A stretch of 17,774 nt of DNA from contig JBBDRO010000099.1 in the NCBI GenBank assembly GCA_040905425.1, positions 1 to 17,774 on the forward strand. Direction: 5' to 3'. Below are positions 10,709 to 17,774 of the stretch, piece after piece (positions within the stretch are counted from its first letter, which is position 1; each line of letters opens with the position of its first letter). A program made the position numbers and the translations under genes. Source of the DNA: Gemmatimonadota bacterium. Its GTDB lineage: Bacteria > Gemmatimonadota > Gemmatimonadetes > Longimicrobiales > RSA9. The notes under the pieces are model-generated. The model had not been told where the DNA came from, searched no databases, and saw nothing but the letters and a program-made list of their open reading frames with translations.

Positions 10709-11731
10709 ATGGAAGTCAATACGGCCCCCCTGGCCGAAGGCAGTGAGGACGTAGCGCTGCTGGACCGTCTCGCGGAAGTGCGCGGCGATCTGGAGCGCGA
10801 GATCGGCCGGCGCGTGGTCGGCCAGAAGGAGATCGTCCAGGGGCTGCTCACCGCCCTGCTGGCCGACGGCCACGCGCTGCTGGTGGGGGTGCCGGGCCTG
10901 GCCAAAACCCTGCTCATCTCCACGCTGGCCGAGGCGCTCGAACTGCGCTTCAGCCGCATCCAGTTCACCCCCGATCTGATGCCGTCCGACATCACGGGCA
11001 CGGAGGTGCTGGAAGAGGATCGCTCCACGGGGCGGCGCACCTTCCGGTTCGTGCGGGGGCCCGTCTTTGCCAACGTGGTGCTGGCGGACGAGATCAACCG
11101 TACGCCGCCCAAGACCCAGGCCGCGCTGCTCCAGGCCATGCAGGAGCGCCAGGTCACCGCCGCGGGCGAGACCATGACGCTCGACCGCCCGTTCTTCGTG
11201 CTCGCCACCCAGAACCCCATCGAGCAGGAGGGAACCTACCCCCTGCCCGAGGCGCAACTCGACCGCTTCATGCTGGAGCTGCGCATCGGCTACCCGTCCC
11301 GTCAGGAGGAGGAGCAGGTAGCTATGCAGACCACGGGCAGTCACACGCCCGAGGTGAGTCCGGTGCTCGACGCCACGGAACTGCAGGCGCTGCAGCGCCT
11401 GGTGCGCCGCGTTCCCGCGCCGCCCTCGCTGGTCTCCTACGCCGTGCGCCTGGCCCGCGCCACGCGCCCGGCCGACGAGGAGGCGCCCGCCCTGACCCGG
11501 CGCTACGTGAGCTGGGGCGCCGGCCCGCGCGCCTCCCAGTACCTGGTGTTGGGCGCCAAGGCCCGGGCCGCCATGGATGCCCGCGGCATGCCGAACCTGG
11601 ACGATGTCCGGGCGGTGGCGCCCGCCGTCCTGCGCCACCGCGTGCTGGCCAACTTCCAGGCGGAGGCGGACGCGCGCAGCGCCGAGGACCTGGTCCTGGA
11701 AATCATTGAATCCAGCCGAAAATGGACGTAG
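10709..11731 (+). CDS. moxR: MoxR family AAA+ ATPase
   Basis: Walker A GVPGLAKT, RIQFTPDLMPSDITG, Walker B LADEINR and ATQNPIEQEGTYPLPEAQLDRF. ATG 10709 with an AAGGA RBS; 340 aa. Confidence 0.95.
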   Translation: MEVNTAPLAEGSEDVALLDRLAEVRGDLEREIGRRVVGQKEIVQGLLTALLADGHALLVGVPGLAKTLLISTLAEALELRFSRIQFTPDLMPSDITGTEVLEEDRSTGRRTFRFVRGPVFANVVLADEINRTPPKTQAALLQAMQERQVTAAGETMTLDRPFFVLATQNPIEQEGTYPLPEAQLDRFMLELRIGYPSRQEEEQVAMQTTGSHTPEVSPVLDATELQALQRLVRRVPAPPSLVSYAVRLARATRPADEEAPALTRRYVSWGAGPRASQYLVLGAKARAAMDARGMPNLDDVRAVAPAVLRHRVLANFQAEADARSAEDLVLEIIESSRKWT

Positions 11732-11744
11732 GCCCCAGTAGCCA

Positions 11745-11766
11745 GGGGGGCACCGCCCCCCGCTTT
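11745..11766 (+). terminator. Possible weak terminator after moxR
   Basis: GGGGGGC-ACC-GCCCCCC stem followed by GCTTT. Confidence 0.35.
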
Positions 11767-11810
11767 CCAGCCGGTAATGCGCTCCAGCCCCGCACGCCGA
11801 GGATCGGCCC

Positions 11811-13196
11811 ATGATGCTCCTGGTAGCGGCGCTGGTCCTGGCCATCGTGCTGTCCGCCGTGCTGTCGGCGGCGGAGTTGGCCGTATTTTCCCTGCCCGAG
11901 TCCCGCGTGCATGCCCTGGCCGAGGAAGGCACGCCCGGCGCGGAGGCGCTGGCGGCGCTCCGTGGCCGGCCCGAGCGCGTGCTCGTGCTGCTGCGCCTGG
12001 GTGATGCCTTCGCCGACGTGAGCGCGGGCGCCCTGGCCGCCACCCTGGTGCACGCCCAGTGGGAGATGGTGGGCGTAGCGGGCGCCGTGGGCGTGATGAC
12101 CTTCCTGGTGCTCTATTTCGGCGAGCTGCTGCCCATCGGCTTCGCCATCAACCGGGGGATGGGCATGGCGCTGCGCATTGCCCCGCCGCTGCGCTTCGTG
12201 ACCGGTGCACTCGGCCCCCTGCTGTTCGTTCTGGCCCGCCTGGCCCGCATGGCGCCGGACCGCCGCAACGGGGCGCTGTCCTCCATCACCGAGACGGAAC
12301 TCCGGCAGCTCACGGCGGTGGCCGGCGGCATCGAGGAGCACGAGCGCCAGCTCATCGAACGCGCCTTCCGATTGGATGACACCAAGGCGTGGGATATCAT
12401 GACCCCGCGCGTGGACGTCTTCGCCTGGCGGGACGACCAGCGGCTGGGCGAGATCACCGATCAGCTCGGCACGGTGCGCTTCTCACGCGTGCCCGTCTAC
12501 CGCGAGTCCATCGATGACATCACCGGCGTCCTCTACGTCCGCGACGCCTACCAGGCCCTCATCTCCGGCCAGCGCGACGTGCCGTTGCGCACCCTGGCCC
12601 GCGAACCGCTCGTGGTGCCGGGCTCCATCACGCTCACCCGCCTGCTGCGCGATTTCCAGACGCGCCGCATCCACCTGGCCGTCGTGGTGGACGAGTATGG
12701 CGGCACTGACGGCGTGGTGTCGCTGGAGGACGTGCTGGAGGAGCTGGTGGGTGAGATCGAGGATGAGACCGACCTGGCGGAGGAGCCCATCCTGCGCATC
12801 TCGCGCAACGAGGTGGAAGCCAGCGGCGACGTGGACCTCAGGGAGATCAACCACTTCTTCAACACCGCCCTGCCCCAGCTCGAGCACCGCTCGCTGAACG
12901 GCTACCTGCTGGAGGAACTGGGGCACGTGCCGGAAGCCGGGGACGTTTTCGAGCGGCACGGCGTGACCATCGAGGTCGTGGATGCCACTGATACGCAGGT
13001 CATCCGCGCCCGCCTCAAGCGCGCGGCGCCACCGCGCGCGCCCGGCGCAGCGGAGCAGGAAGCCGCCGCACCGGTTCGGGGTGAGGAGCCCGTGGTCCAC
13101 CCCTTGCTGGCCGATGCGGCGCAGGACACCGCTCCAACGGCGGTAAGCGACGAGGACGCCGGCACCGCGCCGCGGGATCCACGCGCCGGCTCCTGA
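11811..13196 (+). CDS. CNNM/hemolysin-family protein (DUF21 TM domain, CBS pair, CorC/HlyC domain); Mg2+/Co2+ transport-associated
   Basis: LSAAELAVFS, YFGELLP, IMTPR, FSRVPVY and VVDEYGGTDGVVSLEDVLEELVGEI motifs. Confidence 0.92.
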   Translation: MMLLVAALVLAIVLSAVLSAAELAVFSLPESRVHALAEEGTPGAEALAALRGRPERVLVLLRLGDAFADVSAGALAATLVHAQWEMVGVAGAVGVMTFLVLYFGELLPIGFAINRGMGMALRIAPPLRFVTGALGPLLFVLARLARMAPDRRNGALSSITETELRQLTAVAGGIEEHERQLIERAFRLDDTKAWDIMTPRVDVFAWRDDQRLGEITDQLGTVRFSRVPVYRESIDDITGVLYVRDAYQALISGQRDVPLRTLAREPLVVPGSITLTRLLRDFQTRRIHLAVVVDEYGGTDGVVSLEDVLEELVGEIEDETDLAEEPILRISRNEVEASGDVDLREINHFFNTALPQLEHRSLNGYLLEELGHVPEAGDVFERHGVTIEVVDATDTQVIRARLKRAAPPRAPGAAEQEAAAPVRGEEPVVHPLLADAAQDTAPTAVSDEDAGTAPRDPRAGS

Positions 13197-13260
13197 CGCC
13201 CCGCCGGCGCCCCATCAGTCACCGGCGCGGTTCAGCGACCGGCGCCCACACCGGAGTCCC

Positions 13261-13794
13261 ATGGCGCACATCGTCACCTTCGGGGGGCACACCCCCCGTA
13301 TCCACCCCACCGCCTTCGTGGCGCCCACGGCCGTGCTCATCGGCAACGTGGAGATCGGTGCGGAGGCCAGCATCTGGTTCGGTGCGGTGCTGCGCGGAGA
13401 CGACCCCGAGCACGGCATCCGCGTGGGCGCTCGTACGAGCATCCAGGACAACTGCGTGCTGCACGTGAGCGCCCGCGGGCCCACCCTCGTCGAGGAAGAG
13501 GTGACCGTAGGGCACGGAGCGGTCTTCGAGAGTTGCCGCATCGGCCGCGGAGCGCTCATCGGCATGAACGCCGTGCTGCTGCAGGGCGTGGTGGTGGGCG
13601 CCGAGGCCCTGGTGGCGGCACTCAGCGTGGTGCCGGACGGCATGGAGGTCCCGGCGCGCACGCTCGTGGCCGGTGCACCCGCTCGCGTGCGCAAGGAGCT
13701 CTCCGGCAGCTCCGCCGCCTGGGTGCGCGGCAGCGCCGAGCACTACGTGGAACTCTCCCGGCGCTACCTGGAACAGGGGCTGGATGCCGGCTGA
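13261..13794 (+). CDS. Gamma carbonic anhydrase family protein (YrdA/PaaY/CaiE-like)
   Basis: Hexapeptide repeats, IWFGAVLRGD, IQDNCVLH, VTVGHG and AGAPARVRKEL; GGAG RBS. Confidence 0.92.
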   Translation: MAHIVTFGGHTPRIHPTAFVAPTAVLIGNVEIGAEASIWFGAVLRGDDPEHGIRVGARTSIQDNCVLHVSARGPTLVEEEVTVGHGAVFESCRIGRGALIGMNAVLLQGVVVGAEALVAALSVVPDGMEVPARTLVAGAPARVRKELSGSSAAWVRGSAEHYVELSRRYLEQGLDAG

Positions 13795-15064
13795 GCCTGC
13801 CCCTGGCGGCTGGGACGTGGCCGTCATCGGCGGCGGCATCGTGGGGCTGGCCGCGGCGCGCGCGCTGGCGCGCCGGGGGGCCGCGGTCGTGCTCCTGGAG
13901 CGGGACCAGCCCGGGCGGGGCGCCACCTGGGCGGCGGGAGGCATGCTCTCGCCGCTGCCGGAGGCCGGGGACCCCGCGTTCCTGACGCTGGCCACGGCCA
14001 GTCTGGATCTCTTCCCCGCGTTCGTGGCTGGCCTGGAAGCCGAGAGCGGCCGCGCCGTGGATTACCGGCGCACCGGCAAACTGCACGTGGCCTTCGGCAG
14101 CGCGGACAGCGGCCACCTGGAGGCGCTGGTGACGTCGCCGCACGCGGCCGCCTTCGGGGTGCGCCCGGTGGCCGCCGCGGCGGCGCTCGGCATGGAGCCG
14201 GCGCTCTCCCCCGCCCTCACCGGCGCGGTGCTGGTGGAGCGTGATCACCACGTGGATCCGCGCGCGCTGGGCAGTGCGGCCATCACCGCGGCGGCGGCCG
14301 CGGGGGTGGAGATGCGCGCCGCGACGCACGTGCAGGGTGTGGCCGTGCGTCAGGGCCGGGTGCGTGGTGTGCGGCTGGCGGACGGGGAGTTGCTGGCCGC
14401 CGATGCGGTGGTGGTGGCGGCCGGCAGCTGGAGCGGCGCGCTGCGTGGGCTGCCCCGTCCGCTCCCGGTGGTCCCTGTACGCGGGGAAATGGTGGCGCTC
14501 CGCGCCCCCGCGCCGCTGCTCGAACGGGTGGTGAGCACGCCGCGCTGCTACCTCATCCCGCGCAGCGACGGGCGCCTCCTGATCGGCGCCACGGAGGCGG
14601 AGGTGGGCTACGCGGCCGGACCCACCGCGGCGGGGGTGGCGGCACTCCTGGAGGCGGCGCTCGAGGCGCTCCCGGCGTGCGCCGCCCTGCCCGTGGCCGA
14701 GACCTGGTGCGGCTATCGGCCCGGCACACCGGACCGCCTGCCGTTCCTGGGGGAGGACCCCGAGGCCCGGGGGCTGATCTACGCCACCGGCCACTACCGC
14801 AACGGGATCCTGCTGGCCCCCGTGAGCGCGGGGGTGGTGGTGGCACTGCTGTCCGGCGAACCTCCCCCGGTGGAGCTCGCGGCCTTCCGACCGGAGCGGT
14901 TCGTGGCGGACGCCACCGTGGCCGACCGGGTGGACTTCACGCCCGATTTCGACCCCGACGCCCCCGTGGCGTGCGAGCGTTGCGGCGGGACCATGGAATA
15001 CACCGCCTCCTGCAAGCTCGTGTGCCGCACCTGCGGCTACATGCGCGATTGTAGCGACCCGTAG
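13784..15064 (+). CDS. thiO: Glycine oxidase ThiO (FAD-dependent) with a C-terminal Cys-rich zinc-ribbon extension
   Basis: VIGGGIVG FAD motif, ATWAAGGML, PVRGEM, GYRPGTPD and ATGHYRNGILLAP. ATG 13784 overlaps the upstream gene by 11 bp. Confidence 0.85.
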   Translation: MPAEPAPGGWDVAVIGGGIVGLAAARALARRGAAVVLLERDQPGRGATWAAGGMLSPLPEAGDPAFLTLATASLDLFPAFVAGLEAESGRAVDYRRTGKLHVAFGSADSGHLEALVTSPHAAAFGVRPVAAAAALGMEPALSPALTGAVLVERDHHVDPRALGSAAITAAAAAGVEMRAATHVQGVAVRQGRVRGVRLADGELLAADAVVVAAGSWSGALRGLPRPLPVVPVRGEMVALRAPAPLLERVVSTPRCYLIPRSDGRLLIGATEAEVGYAAGPTAAGVAALLEAALEALPACAALPVAETWCGYRPGTPDRLPFLGEDPEARGLIYATGHYRNGILLAPVSAGVVVALLSGEPPPVELAAFRPERFVADATVADRVDFTPDFDPDAPVACERCGGTMEYTASCKLVCRTCGYMRDCSDP

Positions 15065-15115
15065 CCCCGTGTGCCGCACCTGCGGCTACGTGCGCCACCG
15101 CAGCGATCCATAGCC
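15019..15115 (+). repeat. Tandem duplication (2 x 48 bp, period 49) of the thiO 3' end
   Basis: 15019-15066 versus 15068-15115: first 22 bp identical, 41 of 48 overall. Confidence 0.9.
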
Positions 15116-15139
15116 GCCAGCCGCCGAGTGCGGCTGGCG
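15115..15139. terminator. Hairpin between convergent thiO and pilD
   Basis: Perfect 10-bp stem CGCCAGCCGC-CGAGT-GCGGCTGGCG; no U-tract. Confidence 0.5.
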
Positions 15140-15151
15140 CCACCCGGGGCC

Positions 15152-15937
15152 TCAGACGCCGAGCACCAGCGCAATGTACCAGTTGATGATGCGCTCTCCG
15201 AAGGTGTGGGCCACGAGCGCACCCATGGCCAGGAAGACGCCCAGCGGGAGGTAGGTGCCCATGGCCTCCAGCCGGCCGCGCAGCGCGCTCACCGGCACCC
15301 CGATCACGAGGCCCAGGACGGCGCCCAGGAGCAGCGTCAGCAGCGCGCCGGGCAGCCCCAGGAAGGCGCCCACCATGGCCATCATGTGGATGTCCCCCAC
15401 GCCCAGCGCGGGCTTCCGCAGCAGCCGCTCGGCCACCAGCTTGATGGCCCACAGGATGGCGTAGCTCGCCGCGGCGCCCAGGAGGGCGGAGCGAAAGGCC
15501 ATGCCGCCGGGCCACGCGGCCAGAGCCAGGCCCAGCGCCGTCCCCCCCAGGGAGAACTGATCCGGGATGATCATCTCGCGTGCGTCGGTGAGGGCAATGC
15601 CCAGGAGAAGCGTCAGGAAGGTAGCCGACGTGAGCGCCGCCACCGTGGGCCCCAGCCGGATGGCCGCCCCCATCCAGATCACCGCCACGGCCAGCTCCAC
15701 CAGAGGGTACTGCACGGAAAGGGGCATGGCGCAGTGCCGGCAGCGGCCGCGCAGCGCCACCCACCCCAGCACGGGCACGTTGTCATGCCACGCCACCATG
15801 GTCCCGCAGCCGGGGCAGCGGGAGCGCGGGCGCAGCACCGACTGGCCGGCCGGCCAGCGGTAGACGCACACGTTCAGGAACGAGCCCAGGGCCAAGCCCA
15901 CGGCAAAGGCCCAGGTCCACAGCAGGGGTCCGGTCAT
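15152..15937 (-). CDS. pilD: Type IV prepilin peptidase / N-methyltransferase (A24A)
   Basis: GSFLNVCVYRWP, zinc motifs CPGC and CRHC, QYPLVEL, and catalytic Asp residues in IALTD and LGVGD. Confidence 0.93.
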   Translation of the reverse strand: MTGPLLWTWAFAVGLALGSFLNVCVYRWPAGQSVLRPRSRCPGCGTMVAWHDNVPVLGWVALRGRCRHCAMPLSVQYPLVELAVAVIWMGAAIRLGPTVAALTSATFLTLLLGIALTDAREMIIPDQFSLGGTALGLALAAWPGGMAFRSALLGAAASYAILWAIKLVAERLLRKPALGVGDIHMMAMVGAFLGLPGALLTLLLGAVLGLVIGVPVSALRGRLEAMGTYLPLGVFLAMGALVAHTFGERIINWYIALVLGV

Positions 15938-16039
15938 CCGCTCACCGCCCGTTCGTGCAGCAGGGGTCCGCTCATCCGCTCACCGCCGGTTCGTGCAGCA
16001 GGGTCCGCTCATCCGCGCACCGCCAGTTCGTGCAGCAGG
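15920..16039. repeat. Tandem repeat of a 37-38-bp unit, 3 copies plus a partial copy, spanning the trmH stop and pilD start
   Basis: Consensus CAGCAGGGGTCCGCTCATCCGCTCACCGCCnGTTCGTG at 15920-15957, 15958-15995 and 15996-16032, then CAGCAGG. Confidence 0.92.
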
Positions 16040-16785
16040 ATGCCCGCGGCCACGGCCACGTTCAGCGACTCCGTCCCGGCCCTTATCGGGACGCCCACAC
16101 GCACGGCACTGGCCGCGCGCAAGGCCGTGCCGAGCCCCGCGCCTTCGTTGCCCACCGCGAGCGCCACGCGGGCCGGCCGGGTCAGGTCACGCACCGGCAC
16201 GCCACCGCTGTCCGCGGCCCACAGCGCCATCTCGCGCTCCCTCAGCCAGGTCAGCAGGGCATCGACCTCCCGCTGCACCACGGGCAGCCGGAAGAGGGCG
16301 CCGGCCCCGCCCCGCCCCGCGTTGGGGTTCCACCGATGCCCCGTCCCCGGCAGCGCTGCCAGGAAGGCGGCGCCGAAGGCCTCCGCCGTGCGGGCCAGCG
16401 TGCCCAGGTTGCCTGGATCCTGCACGCCGTCCAGCACCAGACCGAGCGCCCGCTCCGGCACATCGAGCTCGTCCAGGGTGGCGGCGGGTAGGCTGGCCGC
16501 CACGAGCACGCCCTGCGGGGTCTCCGTGGGGGCCAGGCGCGCCAGCTCATGGTCCGCCACGTGCCGCACAGCGGTGCGGCCGGCCAGCCGGGCGGCCAGG
16601 GCCGCACCTCGCTCGGTGTCCTCCAGGGAGGACGACAGGAGCGCCAGACGCAGGTCGATGCCGGCGTCCAGGAGTTCCTCCACCACGCGCACACCCTCGG
16701 CCAGGAAGAGCCCTTTACGCTCGCGGACCCTGCGCCGAGCAAGGCTTTGCAGTAGCCCGGACTCCGCGCCGCTCAACGCCGTCAT
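16009..16785 (-). CDS. TrmH/SpoU family RNA 2'-O-methyltransferase
   Basis: FLAEG, ETPQGV, LDGVQDPGNLGTLARTA, VGNEGAGL and ESLNVAVAAGILL SPOUT motifs. Confidence 0.93.
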   Translation of the reverse strand: MTALSGAESGLLQSLARRRVRERKGLFLAEGVRVVEELLDAGIDLRLALLSSSLEDTERGAALAARLAGRTAVRHVADHELARLAPTETPQGVLVAASLPAATLDELDVPERALGLVLDGVQDPGNLGTLARTAEAFGAAFLAALPGTGHRWNPNAGRGGAGALFRLPVVQREVDALLTWLREREMALWAADSGGVPVRDLTRPARVALAVGNEGAGLGTALRAASAVRVGVPIRAGTESLNVAVAAGILLHELAVRG

Positions 16786-16923
16786 GGCTGCCCGCAGCTG
16801 TGGAACGTGCCTTGCTCAATGGAACTCGGGGAAGGATGTCCCCAACCGACCGGGTCGCGCGGCTCCGTGCTGCCTCCCGGATGCCGGCCACACCGGCGCA
16901 GTCCCGAGTCCTGGAGTGATACG

Positions 16924-17736
16924 ATGATCAAGCTCTCTTCATCCCTTCGCCGGAGCGGCGGCACGGCCCTGGTGGCCGGCAGCGCCGTCCTGGCCGCGTG
17001 CGGCATTTCCACCCAGCAGGAGGTGGAGATGGGCACGCAGTACGCCGCGGAGATCAACCAGCAGCTGCCCATCGTGGAAGACGCCACGCTGCACAACTAC
17101 ATCAATCGCCTGGGCAGGCAGCTGGCGTCGCACGGGGACCGGCAGCTCGCGTACAGGTTCTACATCGTGAACGCGGAGGACGTCAACGCCTTTGCCGTGC
17201 CCGGTGGCTACGTCTACGTGAATCGCGGCCTCATCGAGGCCACGGACAATCAGGCCGAGCTGGCCGGTGTGCTGGCCCACGAGATCGCGCATGTGGAGGA
17301 GCGCCACAGCGTGGAGCAGATGGAAAAGGCACAGGGCGCGAACCTGGGGCTGACCGCCGCGTACGTCCTGCTGGGCCGCCAACCCAGCGGCGTGGAACGC
17401 GCCGGCGTGGGCGTCCTGGGCAGCGCCATCTTCGCCGGCTTCAGCCGGGACGCGGAGCGTGAGGCGGACACCGAGGCCATTCCCCTCCTGGTGCGGAGCG
17501 GCATCGATCCGCGCGGGCTCACCAGCTTCTTCAACGAGCTGCTGGAGATGCAGGAGCGCCGCCCGTCCAGCGTGGAACGCTGGTTCTCCACGCACCCCAC
17601 CACCCGGGAGCGTATCCAGGACGTGGAGGCCGCCATCGCGCGGCTGCCGGGGGGCACGCTGCGCGGGCTCAGCATGAACTCGTCCGACTACGCTGCCTTC
17701 CAGCGGCGCATGCGCAATCACCCGGCGGCGCGCTAG
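16924..17736 (+). CDS. M48 family zinc metallopeptidase lipoprotein (BepA/LoiP-like)
   Basis: Lipobox LAAC; VNAFAVPGG, HEIAH zinc motif, FSRDAEREAD and FSTHP. ATG 16924 with a GGAG RBS; 270 aa. Confidence 0.93.
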   Translation: MIKLSSSLRRSGGTALVAGSAVLAACGISTQQEVEMGTQYAAEINQQLPIVEDATLHNYINRLGRQLASHGDRQLAYRFYIVNAEDVNAFAVPGGYVYVNRGLIEATDNQAELAGVLAHEIAHVEERHSVEQMEKAQGANLGLTAAYVLLGRQPSGVERAGVGVLGSAIFAGFSRDAEREADTEAIPLLVRSGIDPRGLTSFFNELLEMQERRPSSVERWFSTHPTTRERIQDVEAAIARLPGGTLRGLSMNSSDYAAFQRRMRNHPAAR

Positions 17737-17774
17737 CAGCCGCCGCGCCTCGCCCCCGGCTGCGGGGGGGCGGA

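Noticed and set aside
10391..12043. 550-aa minus-strand ORF, and similar long antisense ORFs opposite atpD, atpA, atpB and thiO
   Set aside because: They lie opposite well-supported genes and reflect stop-codon scarcity caused by GC3 bias.
15019..15115. Diversity-generating retroelement VR/TR pair at a gene 3' end
   Set aside because: Mismatches are not confined to adenines on either strand, the repeat is only 48 bp, and there is no reverse transcriptase in the window.
15920..16039. CRISPR array (repeat of about 37 bp)
   Set aside because: The units abut with no unique spacers, derive from the flanking coding sequences, and no cas genes are present.
15071..16927. 618-aa plus-strand ORF
   Set aside because: Antisense shadow of pilD and trmH; Arg/Pro/Ala-rich with no motifs, as expected in high-GC DNA.
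17751..17772. Terminator after the M48 peptidase gene
   Set aside because: An imperfect C-run/G-run hairpin is visible, but the window ends before any U-tract can be assessed.

Overview
High-GC bacterial window of housekeeping genes; gene content and style suggest Gemmatimonadota (inference only). Its core is a complete minus-strand F-type ATP synthase operon (atpZ-atpI-atpB-E-F-H-A-G-D-C, 2473-10068). Downstream lie a predicted outer-membrane beta-barrel gene and a PHP phosphoesterase, convergent with a 5'-truncated membrane protein. A divergent plus-strand cluster encodes a BsuPI-domain lipoprotein, a MoxR AAA+ ATPase, a CNNM/CBS protein, a gamma-carbonic-anhydrase-family protein and glycine oxidase ThiO. 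Then come trmH-family and pilD genes (minus) and an M48 lipoprotein peptidase (plus). I found no mobile element, CRISPR array or tRNA/rRNA gene. Points worth follow-up: a 262-bp multi-hairpin atpB-atpE spacer; a Rex/CRP-type palindrome over the -35 of a predicted atp promoter; an epsilon subunit lacking its C-terminal domain alongside an alpha subunit with a 37-aa tail; ThiO fused to a 6-Cys zinc-ribbon whose 3' end is duplicated; a triplicated trmH-pilD junction forming chained mini-ORFs; a His-to-Glu change at a gamma-CA metal ligand; and a dense patch of apparent substitutions in trmH.
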